Assembly: GCA_036519295.1 (NCBI GenBank) | Contig: DATDLN010000046.1 | Location: forward strand, 606 to 64,605 | DNA from: Thermoleophilaceae bacterium | GTDB lineage: Bacteria > Actinomycetota > Thermoleophilia > Solirubrobacterales > Thermoleophilaceae | Direction: 5' to 3' | DNA length: 64,000 bases | Shown here: positions 1 to 8,354 of the stretch, piece by piece | Layout of the letters: each line of letters starts with the position of its first letter | Numbering within the stretch: position 1 is the first letter of the stretch | The notes under the pieces: generated by a model | Told to the model about the DNA's origin: nothing | What the model saw: only the letters and a program-made list of their open reading frames with translations | Database searches by the model: none | Translations under genes and position numbers: made by a program

Positions 1-425
1 AGGATCGCGTAGAAGCGGTCGCGCAGCTCGTCCTCGTTCGAGGCCACCAGGAAGACCGCGATCGCCAGCGCGGCGAGCACGACGAAATGAATCGCCCGAT
101 CAATTGCGATCAGGCGGAGCACGATCTTGTCGCGCAACGGGCGACCGCGAAGTGGCAGCTCGATCTCCTCGCGAGCCGGCGGGTATTGGCGCTCGGGGTC
201 GAGCGGCGGCGCGAACGGGAGCCAGCTGTCGCAGCGAAGACAGCGATGCCAGCGGCGTCCATCCATCTCCCGCGCGAAGGGAGCGTCCTCGGCGCGGACG
301 GCCGCCGAATCGGTGCCGATCAGCTCGTGGCCGCGGATGCCGCAGACGAGCAGCTCCCAATGGAAGCGCGGGCGGAAGCGGCGGGGCCTGACGACGCCCG
401 GTCGCGAGCGACGGTCAGTCGCCAT
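1..425 (-). CDS. hypothetical membrane protein with Cys-rich N-terminus; partial, 3' end runs off the window
   Basis: Absent from the ORF track because it has no stop inside the window. Reverse-strand reading from ATG 425..423 gives MATDRRSRPGVVRPRRFRPRFHWELLVCGIRGHELIG...RWHRCLRCDSWLPF...KIVLRLIAIDRAIHFVVLAALAIAVFLVAS. GC3 is high and there is a clear hydrophobic helix. It overlaps the stop of the upstream gene by 11 nt. Confidence 0.45.
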   Translation of the reverse strand, partial: MATDRRSRPGVVRPRRFRPRFHWELLVCGIRGHELIGTDSAAVRAEDAPFAREMDGRRWHRCLRCDSWLPFAPPLDPERQYPPAREEIELPLRGRPLRDKIVLRLIAIDRAIHFVVLAALAIAVFLVASNEDELRDRFYAI

Positions 426-2385
426 CCAGCGATTCGGCGAGGAGCGTCGAGACGTCCACGACGCGCAGCTCGTCGCCGCGCTGGCGCACGCCGTCGTCGA
501 GCATCACTGTGCAGAAGGGGCAGGCGACCGCGAGTGTGTCGGCGCCCGTCTCGGCCGCCTGGCGGGCCCGCTCCTCGTTGATCTTGCCGCCGCGTTCCTC
601 CATCCACATGTGGGCCCCGCCGGCGCCGCAGCAGAAGGTGCGCTTACCGCTGCGCTCCATCTCGATCGGGTCGCCGACCGCCGCGACCAGCTCGCGCGGG
701 GCGCCGCGCACGTCGTTGTGGCGGGCCAGGTAGCAGGAGTCGTGGTAGGTGATCGTGCGCTCGTCGCCGTTCGGCTGCAGCCGTCCCTCGCGGACGAGCT
801 CGGCCAGCAGCTCCGTGTGGTGGACCACCTCGTAGTGGCCGCCGAAGTCCGGGTACTCGTTGGCGAGCGTGTTGAAGCAGTGTGGGCAGCTCGCCACGAT
901 CTTGGTGACGCCTGCTTCGGCAAGGGTGCCCACGTTCTGTTCCGCGTACGCCTGGAAGAGGTACTCGTTGCCCATCCGCCGGGCCGGGTCGCCGGTGCAG
1001 GACTCGCGCGGGCCGAGGATCGCGAAGTCCACGCCGGCGGCCTTCAGCAGCTTGGCGGTCGACTCGGCGGCGATGCGCGCGCGCTCGTCGAAGGACGCCG
1101 CGCAGCCCACCCAGTAGAGCACCTCGGGCGCCGGGTCGCCGGGTTCGAGGACTCGAAGGCCGAGCCGCTCGGCCCAGTCGCCGCGCTCGGTCTGCGGCTT
1201 CCCCCAGGGGTTCGAGGCACGCTCAACGTCGCGGAGCATCTGCTCGGCCTCGCCGGGGAAGCGGGAGTCCACCATCACCAGGTGGCGGCGCAGGTCGATG
1301 ATGTGGTCCACGTGCTCGATCGACACCGGGCACTCCCGGACGCATGCGCCGCAGGTAACGCAGTCCCAGACCACGTTGTCGCTGACCGCGCCCGGCACCA
1401 GCGGCTGCGGCTCGAATTCCCCGTCGGGGCGGCGAAGCAGCTTCGGCCCCTCCTCGAAGACCTGGTCGCGCAGGGCCATGATGAGCAGCTTCGGCGACAG
1501 CTCCTTGTCCGTGTTCCAGGCGGGACAGACGTCCTGGCAGCGCCCGCACTCGGTGCACGAGAAGGTGTCCATCGTCTGCTTCCAGGTGAGGTCGGGCACC
1601 GTGCCCGCACCGAAGCGCATCTCCTCCTCGGGAACGTCGAAGCGCAGCGGCTCAATCCGGCCGCCGGGGCGAGTGTGTCCGAAGTAGACGTTCACCGCCG
1701 CGGTGAAGATGTGGAGGTGCTTGGAGTGGGGGAGGTAGGCGAGGAAGGTGAGGATGATCAGGACGTGCGCCCAGACGAACACTCGCTCGAGCACCTCGGT
1801 GACGGAGTCGTCGCCGAAGATGCCGGACAGCGCGTTGGACACGGGAGACCAGTCGGCCGGCCACTCGTTAAGGCCGAGCGCTATCCGCGTGGCGTGCCAT
1901 AGCAGCAGCGTCGTGACGATCCCCGCGATCAGGGCCAGGATGAGGTCGGCCTCGCCGAGGTGGCTGCCCTCGAAGCGAGCCGGGCGCTGGAGCTTGCGGA
2001 TGACGACCGCCGCCGCTACGCCGATCAGCACGAGCACCGCGAAGACGTCCACCAGCAGCGCGAACCAGCCCTGGTGACCGAGCCATGGCAGCGTGGACTC
2101 GCGGTCCACGGCGCTGATCATGGCGATCACGATCGTCGGGAACAGGACCAGGAAGCCCCAGAAGATGGCCGCGTGCATCAGCCCTGGGCCGAACCGCTGG
2201 AGGAGCTTGCGCTGCCCCAGCACGATCGTCGCCTCGTTGCGGACGCGCTGCGGCACGTCGCCGAAACGCTCGCTCGGCTTGCCGAGCCGGACGAGGTCCA
2301 CGAGGAGCTTGGAGCGGCGCGCGAACAGAGTGCCGCTCACGGCGAGGGCCAGCGCGAGCGCGATCGCTCCGAGCAGGACGTCTAT
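415..2385 (-). CDS. etfD: EtfD-like membrane-bound Fe-S oxidoreductase (candidate ETF:quinone oxidoreductase)
   Basis: C-terminal ~656 aa of ORF 415..3477. Two ferredoxin 4Fe-4S motifs (CTECGRCQDVCP, CVTCGACVRECP), CCG-type Cys motifs (FCCGAGG), and N-terminal TM helices (AAIFWGFLVLFPTIVIAMI, LLVDVFAVLVLIGVAAAVV). The N-terminal ~360 aa of the ORF is an out-of-frame shadow of etfA. The start is unclear. The first canonical start is GTG 2340, but the hydrophobic helix IDVLLGAIALALALA and high GC3 continue up to ATA 2385 / CTG 2376. Confidence 0.8.
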   Translation of the reverse strand: MDVLLGAIALALALAVSGTLFARRSKLLVDLVRLGKPSERFGDVPQRVRNEATIVLGQRKLLQRFGPGLMHAAIFWGFLVLFPTIVIAMISAVDRESTLPWLGHQGWFALLVDVFAVLVLIGVAAAVVIRKLQRPARFEGSHLGEADLILALIAGIVTTLLLWHATRIALGLNEWPADWSPVSNALSGIFGDDSVTEVLERVFVWAHVLIILTFLAYLPHSKHLHIFTAAVNVYFGHTRPGGRIEPLRFDVPEEEMRFGAGTVPDLTWKQTMDTFSCTECGRCQDVCPAWNTDKELSPKLLIMALRDQVFEEGPKLLRRPDGEFEPQPLVPGAVSDNVVWDCVTCGACVRECPVSIEHVDHIIDLRRHLVMVDSRFPGEAEQMLRDVERASNPWGKPQTERGDWAERLGLRVLEPGDPAPEVLYWVGCAASFDERARIAAESTAKLLKAAGVDFAILGPRESCTGDPARRMGNEYLFQAYAEQNVGTLAEAGVTKIVASCPHCFNTLANEYPDFGGHYEVVHHTELLAELVREGRLQPNGDERTITYHDSCYLARHNDVRGAPRELVAAVGDPIEMERSGKRTFCCGAGGAHMWMEERGGKINEERARQAAETGADTLAVACPFCTVMLDDGVRQRGDELRVVDVSTLLAESLDGD

Positions 2386-3350
2386 GGCCCGCGCGCCTTC
2401 CTCAACTCGGCGGTGAGCGCGGGGACGATCTCGCTCAGGTCGCCGATCACCGCGTAGTCGGCGCTCGCCAGGATCGGCGCCTCGGCGTCGCTGTTGATCG
2501 CAAGGATCTTCTTGGCCCCCTTGCAGCCCGCAATGTGCTGCGTGGCCCCGCTGATGCCGCACGCTATGTAGAGGTCGGGCGAGACCTTGGTGCCCGTCTG
2601 GCCAACCTGGTCGGTGTGCGGCCGCCACCCGGCGCTCGTCACGACCCGCGAGCAGCCCACAGCGGCGCCCAGCAGATCGGCGAGCTCCTCGAGCATCCCG
2701 AACCCGTCCGCGGAGCCGACGCCGCGGCCGCCGCTCACGACCACCTTGGCCTCGGCGAGCGAGACGCCGGTTGTGACGGTGCTCTCGTGCTCCGCCACCT
2801 GGACGAGGAGGTCGGACTCGCCGAGGGTGGGAGTGAACGCCTCGACCGCCGGGGCCTCGGCTCCATTCACGTCCGTTGCCGGGACCATGTGGGGAGCGAC
2901 CGAGAGCAGCGTCGGCGCGCCGTGGATGCGAGCCTCCTCGAGCAGGCTCCCACCCCAGCGCACCCGCGTGACCGTGAGCGGGGAGCCTCCGGCGACCTCG
3001 GTGCAGTTCGCGGCGAAGGGGAGATCCCGGAGCGCCGCCACGTGGGCCAAGACCTCGTTGCCCCGGTTCGTGCCGGCGGCCACGACGGCGCTGGGCTCGA
3101 GCCGCTCCACGAGCTCGACCACGCTCTGCGCCCACGCTCCCGGGGCGTAGGCGGCGACCCGCTCGTCGTCGGCGACGTGCGCGCTCCCGACGCCCTGGCC
3201 GGCGAGCTGGGCGGCGGCCTCGCGGGCTCCGTCGCCCACGAGCAGCGCGTGGAGCGGCTCCCCGGAGGCGAGGTTGCGGGCGAGGGTGAGGGCCTGGAGC
3301 GACAGCTCGTCGACGTTGCCGTCCTGATGCTCTATGAGCGTCAGCACCAT
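2382..3350 (-). CDS. etfA: electron transfer flavoprotein alpha subunit
   Basis: From M66 of ORF 2382..3545: MVLTLIEHQDGNVDELSLQALTLARNL... The C-terminal FAD-binding region reads VVSGGRGVGSADGF...PDLYIACGISGATQHIAGCKGAKKILAINSD. Confidence 0.9.
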   Translation of the reverse strand: MVLTLIEHQDGNVDELSLQALTLARNLASGEPLHALLVGDGAREAAAQLAGQGVGSAHVADDERVAAYAPGAWAQSVVELVERLEPSAVVAAGTNRGNEVLAHVAALRDLPFAANCTEVAGGSPLTVTRVRWGGSLLEEARIHGAPTLLSVAPHMVPATDVNGAEAPAVEAFTPTLGESDLLVQVAEHESTVTTGVSLAEAKVVVSGGRGVGSADGFGMLEELADLLGAAVGCSRVVTSAGWRPHTDQVGQTGTKVSPDLYIACGISGATQHIAGCKGAKKILAINSDAEAPILASADYAVIGDLSEIVPALTAELRKARGP

Positions 3351-3574
3351 TCGCGCCGTCTCTCCGTGGTCGCCGGTGTGCCGGCCACGCTGGGGGGGTG
3401 GTTGCTTGGATGGTGGGCGCCGGGCCCCGCTGCCGGCCACCATGGTGCATAAGTGTCGCTGTAGGACACTGGGACACGAGAGCTCGCCGGCGACGCCCCA
3501 GGAGACACCCTCCTCACCCAGCCCAAGCGCGGCCGGCCCTGCCAACCACCCGGCGAGAGCCGGCGAGCGCCCAC

Positions 3575-4339
3575 CTACGCCACCCCCAGCTCGCGCATGA
3601 CCTCAACCACCGCCGGCGCGGCCTCGGGCCCCCGGCCCAGGATCTCCGCCTGCTTCCCCTGCCCAGGTGGCACCACGAGCCGCACCATCTCGAGCCGCGG
3701 CTCGGGCCGCTCGGGCGTGCTCGTCTCGACGGGCTTCTGCCGGGCCCGGAGCTTCGCCGGCACCGACGGGTAGCGGGGCAGGTTGATGCCCTCCAGCACC
3801 GTCACGACGGCGGGCAGGGGCACGAGGTAGATGTCGCGGCCCCCGGTGACCTCCTGCTCGCAGCGGGCGCGACCGTCCTCGATCGACAGGCCCTTCAGCC
3901 CGGTCACGACCGGACGGCCGAGCGCGTGGGCGACTCGGATTCCCACCTGGAAGTTGCCGGAGTCGGCCGACTCGTTGCCGAAGATGATCAGGTCGAAGTC
4001 TCCGCCCGCGGCTCGCTCCGCCTCGATCGTGGCGAGGATCGCGCCGGCGGTGGCCTGCGGATCCCACTCCTCGCCGTCCGTGGCCAGCAGGATGCCCCGA
4101 TCGGCGCCCGCCGCCAGCGAGTCGCGCACCTGTTCCTCGGCCTCGGGCGGGCCGAGCGTCAGGACAGTGACCTCACCGCCGTGCTGCTCCACCAGCTGCA
4201 CTGCCTGCTCCACTCCGCACTCCTCGTGGGGGCTGATCGTGAAGCCGAGGTGGCGCGTCTCGAGCGCCCGCTCGTCGGCCGTCAGGACCATCCGCCCGCC
4301 GGTGAGGGGCACGCGCTTGACGCAGACGAGGATCCTCAT
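3575..4339 (-). CDS. etfB: electron transfer flavoprotein beta subunit
   Basis: C-terminal 254 aa of ORF 3575..5140 starting MRILVCVKRVPLTGGRMVLTADERALETRHLGFTISPHEECGVEQAV. The ATG at 4339 overlaps the TGA of the upstream dehydrogenase (ATGA). Confidence 0.9.
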   Translation of the reverse strand: MRILVCVKRVPLTGGRMVLTADERALETRHLGFTISPHEECGVEQAVQLVEQHGGEVTVLTLGPPEAEEQVRDSLAAGADRGILLATDGEEWDPQATAGAILATIEAERAAGGDFDLIIFGNESADSGNFQVGIRVAHALGRPVVTGLKGLSIEDGRARCEQEVTGGRDIYLVPLPAVVTVLEGINLPRYPSVPAKLRARQKPVETSTPERPEPRLEMVRLVVPPGQGKQAEILGRGPEAAPAVVEVMRELGVA

Positions 4340-6876
4340 GACCTGATTCTTGCGTTGTCGGGGTCGAAGAGAGGCGTGGAGTCGTTCGTCTCCACGGTCA
4401 CCGGGTAGCGCTCGCACATGTACTCCACCGCGAGCTGCTCGCCGACGTTCGCACGCTCGGGTGGCAGGTAGGAGAGCAGGATGTACTTGCCCACTGACGG
4501 GCCCGCCCCCGCGCTCGTGACGAACGAGCGCCTGCCCTCGCGGTCGGTGAGCGGGGCGCCCTCGCGGGTCACGATCGGCTCGCCGCCGAGCATGTAGCGC
4601 TTCTCGCCGTTCTTCGAGTTGTGGTCGTCGACGGTGAGCGTGCAGAGCACCGCCGCCGGCTCTTCCTCGCGCTGGCGCAAGTGCGCCTCCTTGCCGACGA
4701 AGTCCTGCTCCTTCACCTTTCCCCAGGCCATGCCGGCTTCGACCACGTCGTATTCGCCGTCGAGCTCGAAGCCGAACGCCCGGTAGCACTTCTCGAGCCG
4801 CCCGGTGGTGGCGTACACGCCGATCCCGGCCGGCAAGATCCCGTGCGGCCGGCCCGCCTCCCACACGATGTCCCACAGCTTGGCGCCCTGCTCGATCGGA
4901 ACGTACAGCTCCCAGCCCAGGTCGCCGACGTAGGAGATACGCGACGCCAGCGTGCGCAGCGAGTCGACCTCGATCGTCCGGCAGGAGGCGAAGGGGAAGC
5001 CCTCGTGCGACACGTCGTCGCTCGTGATGCTCGCGAGGACGTCGCGCGACCGCGGGCCCCACAGGCCGAGCGTGCACCAGCTCGAGGTGAGGTCGAAGAT
5101 CTGCGCGCTGCCGTCGTCCACCAGGTGGTCGGAGAACCATTTGAGGTCAGCCATCCCGTGCGCGCCGCCGGTGACGACGCGGAAGTGCTCGTCGCCCAGC
5201 CGCATGATCGTCAGGTCTGCGCGGAAGCCTCCGCCGGGCGTGAGGATCGGCGTGTACACGACCCGCCCGATCTTCACGTCCATCTGGCGGACGGCCACCC
5301 GCTGCACGCTCTCAACCGCGCCGGGGCCCACGATGTCGAAGACGCAGAACGCCGTGAGGTCGAACATCGCCACGCGGTCGCGCATCGCGAGGTGCTCGGC
5401 GTTGATGATCGGCGACCACCAGCGCGAGTCCCACTCCGCCTCGCGGCCCGCCACGCGGTCCGCGAACTCCTCCAGCAGCGGCTTGTTCGACTCGTACCAG
5501 TGCGGGCGCTCCCAGCCGGCGGCCTCGAAGAACATGGCATCGAGCTCGCGCTCCCGCTCGTAGAACGGCGACAGCCGCACGCGGCGGTTCGACGCCCACT
5601 GCTCGCCGGGATGGACGATGCCATAGGTCTTGTTGAACCCCTCCGCCGCGCGGGCTCTTACGTGCCCGACGCTCTTCTGGTGCTCGTAGAAGCGGGCGAT
5701 GTCGGAAGCCTGGAGGTCGATCTCGGACTGGCCGTTCACCATCCACTCCGCCACGCCCCGTCCGACTCCCGGCCCCTCCTTGACCCACACCGCGGCGGCA
5801 GACCAGAGACCCTTGACCTCGGGCGTCTCCCCGAGGATCGGGAGGGCATCCGGCGTGAGCGAGAGCAGGCCGTTGATCGCGTACTTGATCCCCACCGACT
5901 CGTCGCCGACGATCTCCGGCATCAGCTCCAGGGCGTGCTCCATCTGCTGAGTGAAGTCGTCCTGCGTGAACGGGAACTCGGTCGGCGAGAGCGCGGCCTC
6001 CTCGATCGACGGGATCTCCTCGGGATCGTGGAGGATTGGACGGTGGGCATACGAGCCCACCTCGAGGCCGGTGCCGTCCTGACGCTCGTACATGTTCGTG
6101 TCCATGTCGCGCACGATCGGGAAGTCGATTGAGCCCCCCGACTCGACGAACCGCGGCACAGGCCCGATGTCGATCATCTGGTGGACCGCCGGCGTGAGCG
6201 GGATCGAGGCGCCGGCCATGCGCGCCAGCCGCGGGCTCCAGACGCCGCAGCAGATCACGACCACCTCCGCCTCGATGTCGCCCCGGCTCGTGCGCACCCG
6301 CTTCACGCGACCGCCCTCGACGTCGATGTCGAGCACCTCGTTGTTCGCCGACACGGTGAGGGCGTCCGCCTCCTGGGCACGCTCGCGCATCAGCGTCCCG
6401 GCGCGGAGCGAATCGACGACGCCGACGCTCGGGGTGTAGAAGCCGCCGATGATCACGCTCTCGTCGATGAACGGGACCAGCTCCTTGACCTCGGCGGGAG
6501 TGAGGACCGAGACCGGCTCCACCCCCCACGCCGCCGCGGACACCATCCGGCGGCGAAGCTCCTCCATGCGCTCCTCGGTGCGCGCGACCTCGATCCCACC
6601 GCAAGTGGTGAGCACGCCGAGCTCGTCGTACTGGCGCAGGCTGTCGCGGGTCAGCGCCGTCATCTCGCGGGAGTGATCGACCGGGTAGATGAAGTTGGAC
6701 GCGTGTCCCGTCGAGCCGCCCGGGTTCGGCAGCGGACCCTTGTCGAGCAGCACGAGGTCGCGCCAGCCGAGCCGCGCGAGGTGGTGGACGATGCTGTTAC
6801 CGACTATGCCCGCGCCGATGACGACCGCGCGGGCCGCGGCCGGGGGGGAGCTGGGCGGTTCAGACGGGGTTGCCAA
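4336..6876 (-). CDS. dimethylglycine/sarcosine dehydrogenase family protein (FAD oxidoreductase fused to a GcvT-like folate-binding domain)
   Basis: 846 aa. N-terminal Rossmann motif VVIGAGIVGNSIVHHLARLG and GGSTGHASNF (flavinylation-type His). The C-terminal half is aminomethyltransferase-like (FDLTAFCVFDIVGPGA...YTPILTPGGGFRADLTIMRL). TTG start at 6876, with an in-frame TGA two codons upstream. Confidence 0.85.
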   Translation of the reverse strand: MATPSEPPSSPPAAARAVVIGAGIVGNSIVHHLARLGWRDLVLLDKGPLPNPGGSTGHASNFIYPVDHSREMTALTRDSLRQYDELGVLTTCGGIEVARTEERMEELRRRMVSAAAWGVEPVSVLTPAEVKELVPFIDESVIIGGFYTPSVGVVDSLRAGTLMRERAQEADALTVSANNEVLDIDVEGGRVKRVRTSRGDIEAEVVVICCGVWSPRLARMAGASIPLTPAVHQMIDIGPVPRFVESGGSIDFPIVRDMDTNMYERQDGTGLEVGSYAHRPILHDPEEIPSIEEAALSPTEFPFTQDDFTQQMEHALELMPEIVGDESVGIKYAINGLLSLTPDALPILGETPEVKGLWSAAAVWVKEGPGVGRGVAEWMVNGQSEIDLQASDIARFYEHQKSVGHVRARAAEGFNKTYGIVHPGEQWASNRRVRLSPFYERERELDAMFFEAAGWERPHWYESNKPLLEEFADRVAGREAEWDSRWWSPIINAEHLAMRDRVAMFDLTAFCVFDIVGPGAVESVQRVAVRQMDVKIGRVVYTPILTPGGGFRADLTIMRLGDEHFRVVTGGAHGMADLKWFSDHLVDDGSAQIFDLTSSWCTLGLWGPRSRDVLASITSDDVSHEGFPFASCRTIEVDSLRTLASRISYVGDLGWELYVPIEQGAKLWDIVWEAGRPHGILPAGIGVYATTGRLEKCYRAFGFELDGEYDVVEAGMAWGKVKEQDFVGKEAHLRQREEEPAAVLCTLTVDDHNSKNGEKRYMLGGEPIVTREGAPLTDREGRRSFVTSAGAGPSVGKYILLSYLPPERANVGEQLAVEYMCERYPVTVETNDSTPLFDPDNARIRS

Positions 6877-6903
6877 GAGTCAGCTGGTGGACGAGCGACA
6901 GCC

Positions 6904-6913
6904 TGATATATCA
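6904..6913. promoter_or_regulatory. perfect 10-bp AT-rich palindrome TGATATATCA, 28 nt upstream of the dehydrogenase start (site 1 of a recurring motif)
   Basis: Read directly. It sits in the divergent intergenic region 6877..7026 and is a striking AT island in GC-rich DNA. Related copies lie at 8228, 13781 and 14891. Confidence 0.55.
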
Positions 6914-7026
6914 AAACGCGGCCCGGCCTTCGAGTCGCGACGGACGGAATATCGACGGCAGGCATCCGTCTTGCACTGAGACACGAGACAGCGACAGCCG
7001 CCTGCCGGCGGCCGAAGGGGGCATCG

Positions 7027-7484
7027 ATGACGAGCGTGAGGCAGCGCCACCCACGTCGAGTGACGGTGATCGTGATGGCCGCGATACTCCTGGCGGGTGC
7101 GCTGGCGGTCCTGGCCGGCGTCGCCCCCGAGCGCGCGTCGGCCGCCCAGCGCCTAGCGTACGGAGGAAGCTCCGTGTGGACATGGAAGTGGGAGACCACC
7201 CCCTTCGCGTCTCCGGGCCCGGCGTCGTCGACATCTGGACCACCTGCCGGCCGAAGTCCAACAGCGTTACCTGGCACGAGCTGCTCGTCGGGACCAGCGA
7301 CGCCTCGTGGCTGAGGAGGATCAACGTGCGCTGCGACAGGCAAGGGCACTGGGTCCGCCGCGTCGGAATACCGCGTAACACCAGGCTCACGGTGCTCAGC
7401 CACCCCTTCAGAAGCGACGGCACGTTCTGCTACTGGCCTGAGCAATGCGCCACCGGGTGGACGAGCGTGTACACGAGCTCCTGA
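7027..7484 (+). pseudogene. small secreted Cys-containing protein with an apparent frameshift in a C5 run (pseudogene or assembly error)
   Basis: ORF 7027..7314 starts with a good signal peptide (MTSVRQRHPRRVTVIVMAAILLAGALAVLAGVAPERASA|AQ) after the SD GAAGGGGG. After about 7200 its GC3 collapses. The frame of ORF 6870..7484 then becomes coding-like (VDIWTTCRPKSNSVTWHELLVGTSDASWLRRINVRCDRQGHW...FCYWPEQCATGW). The switch coincides with CCCCC at 7199..7203. Confidence 0.45.
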
Positions 7485-7525
7485 GCGGGGACGGGGCAGC
7501 CTGCGGGAGCCGGGCAGCCCGCTCC

Positions 7526-8251
7526 TCAGCGCGTGAACGCCACCACGATCTCGCGTTGGAACGCGAGAATGTGCTCCTTCATAAGTTCACGGGCGCGGGG
7601 ACCGTCGCGGGTGAGCAACGCTTGAATCATGTCCCGTTGGTCGTGGACCGCGGTCCAAAGTCCGGGGACGCGGTCGAGCACGAGGTACCAGATCCGAAGA
7701 GACAGCGCAAAGTAGCGCTCGAGGGTGTCGACCAGATAGGGGTTGCCCGCCGCCTCCCAGGCGAGGCGGTGAACGCGCTCGTCGATGCGCATCAGCGCGG
7801 GGCTGTCCTGAGGATCGAGCTCCTCGAGCTCCGCCAACAGGGCCTCGGCCTCGCCGCTGCGCTCGTCGTCCATTCGCATCGCCGCGAGCTGGGCCGCGTG
7901 GCCCTCGAGCTCGGCGCGAACCTCGGTGATGTGGACGATGTCGGCCACGTTGACCTCGGTGACGTACGTGCCGCGGCGCGGCCGGACCTCGACCAGGTTC
8001 TCGAGCGCCAGCCGCTTGATCGCCTCGCGGAGTGGCGTGCGGCCGATCTCGAGCTCCCTCATCAGCCCGTCCTCGACCAGTGCGGACCCGGGTGGCAGGC
8101 GCAGAGTCACGATGCGGTCCCGCAGCTCGAAATACGCCCGTTCGGCGATCAGGCGGACCGCGGGCCGGCCCACGAAACTGCTCTCGGTCGGCGACGGCGA
8201 GGCGGGTTGACCGCCAACGTCCCAACGTGATATTTCAGACTCGTGCGCCAA
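7526..8251 (-). CDS. GntR-family transcriptional regulator with FadR-type C-terminal (FCD) domain
   Basis: wHTH LMRELEIGRTPLREAIKRLALENLVEVRPRRGTYV followed by a helical FCD-like domain. The first ~26 codons have low GC3, so GTG 8173 is a plausible true start. Confidence 0.85.
   Translation of the reverse strand: MAHESEISRWDVGGQPASPSPTESSFVGRPAVRLIAERAYFELRDRIVTLRLPPGSALVEDGLMRELEIGRTPLREAIKRLALENLVEVRPRRGTYVTEVNVADIVHITEVRAELEGHAAQLAAMRMDDERSGEAEALLAELEELDPQDSPALMRIDERVHRLAWEAAGNPYLVDTLERYFALSLRIWYLVLDRVPGLWTAVHDQRDMIQALLTRDGPRARELMKEHILAFQREIVVAFTR
8228..8238. promoter_or_regulatory. TGATATTTCAG, one-mismatch copy of the recurring motif (site 2)
   Basis: Read directly. It lies in the gntR/metF divergent region if gntR starts at 8173. 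A half-site ATATCA also occurs at 8334..8339, 15 nt before the metF GTG. Confidence 0.4.
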
Positions 8252-8272
8252 GAAACATCACCCTTGCCGACT

Positions 8273-8296
8273 CAACGCGGGAAAGAACGCGCGTTG
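8273..8296. promoter_or_regulatory. inverted repeat CAACGCG-N10-CGCGTTG in the gntR/metF intergenic region
   Basis: Perfect 7-bp arms at 8273..8279 and 8290..8296. Candidate operator. Confidence 0.3.
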
Positions 8297-8354
8297 GCAT
8301 GATAAGGGGCGCAATCGCAGGCGCGAGCCTCGCATATCACCGAGCAGGGCGGAT

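Noticed and set aside
127-1902. 591-aa plus-strand ORF (and other ORFs at 87..923) opposite the EtfD-like gene
   Set aside because: It is the antisense shadow of a well-supported minus-strand gene. The translation is Arg/Ala/Gly/Val/His-rich with no motifs, as expected for wrong-frame ORFs in very GC-rich DNA.
2386-3477. N-terminal ~360 aa of the 1020-aa ORF 415..3477
   Set aside because: It overlaps etfA in another frame. The composition is extreme (RRRGRRP...), and the real Fe-S protein begins at the etfA stop.
8252-8354. Riboswitch (ZTP/pfl, THF, glycine or SAM) upstream of metF, and similarly upstream of the metE-like gene (40980..41008)
   Set aside because: I could not find the conserved cores (for example GACUGGCG...CCGCCUGG for ZTP) by eye, and the metE-like leader is too short. 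Only covariance-model scanning could fully exclude them.
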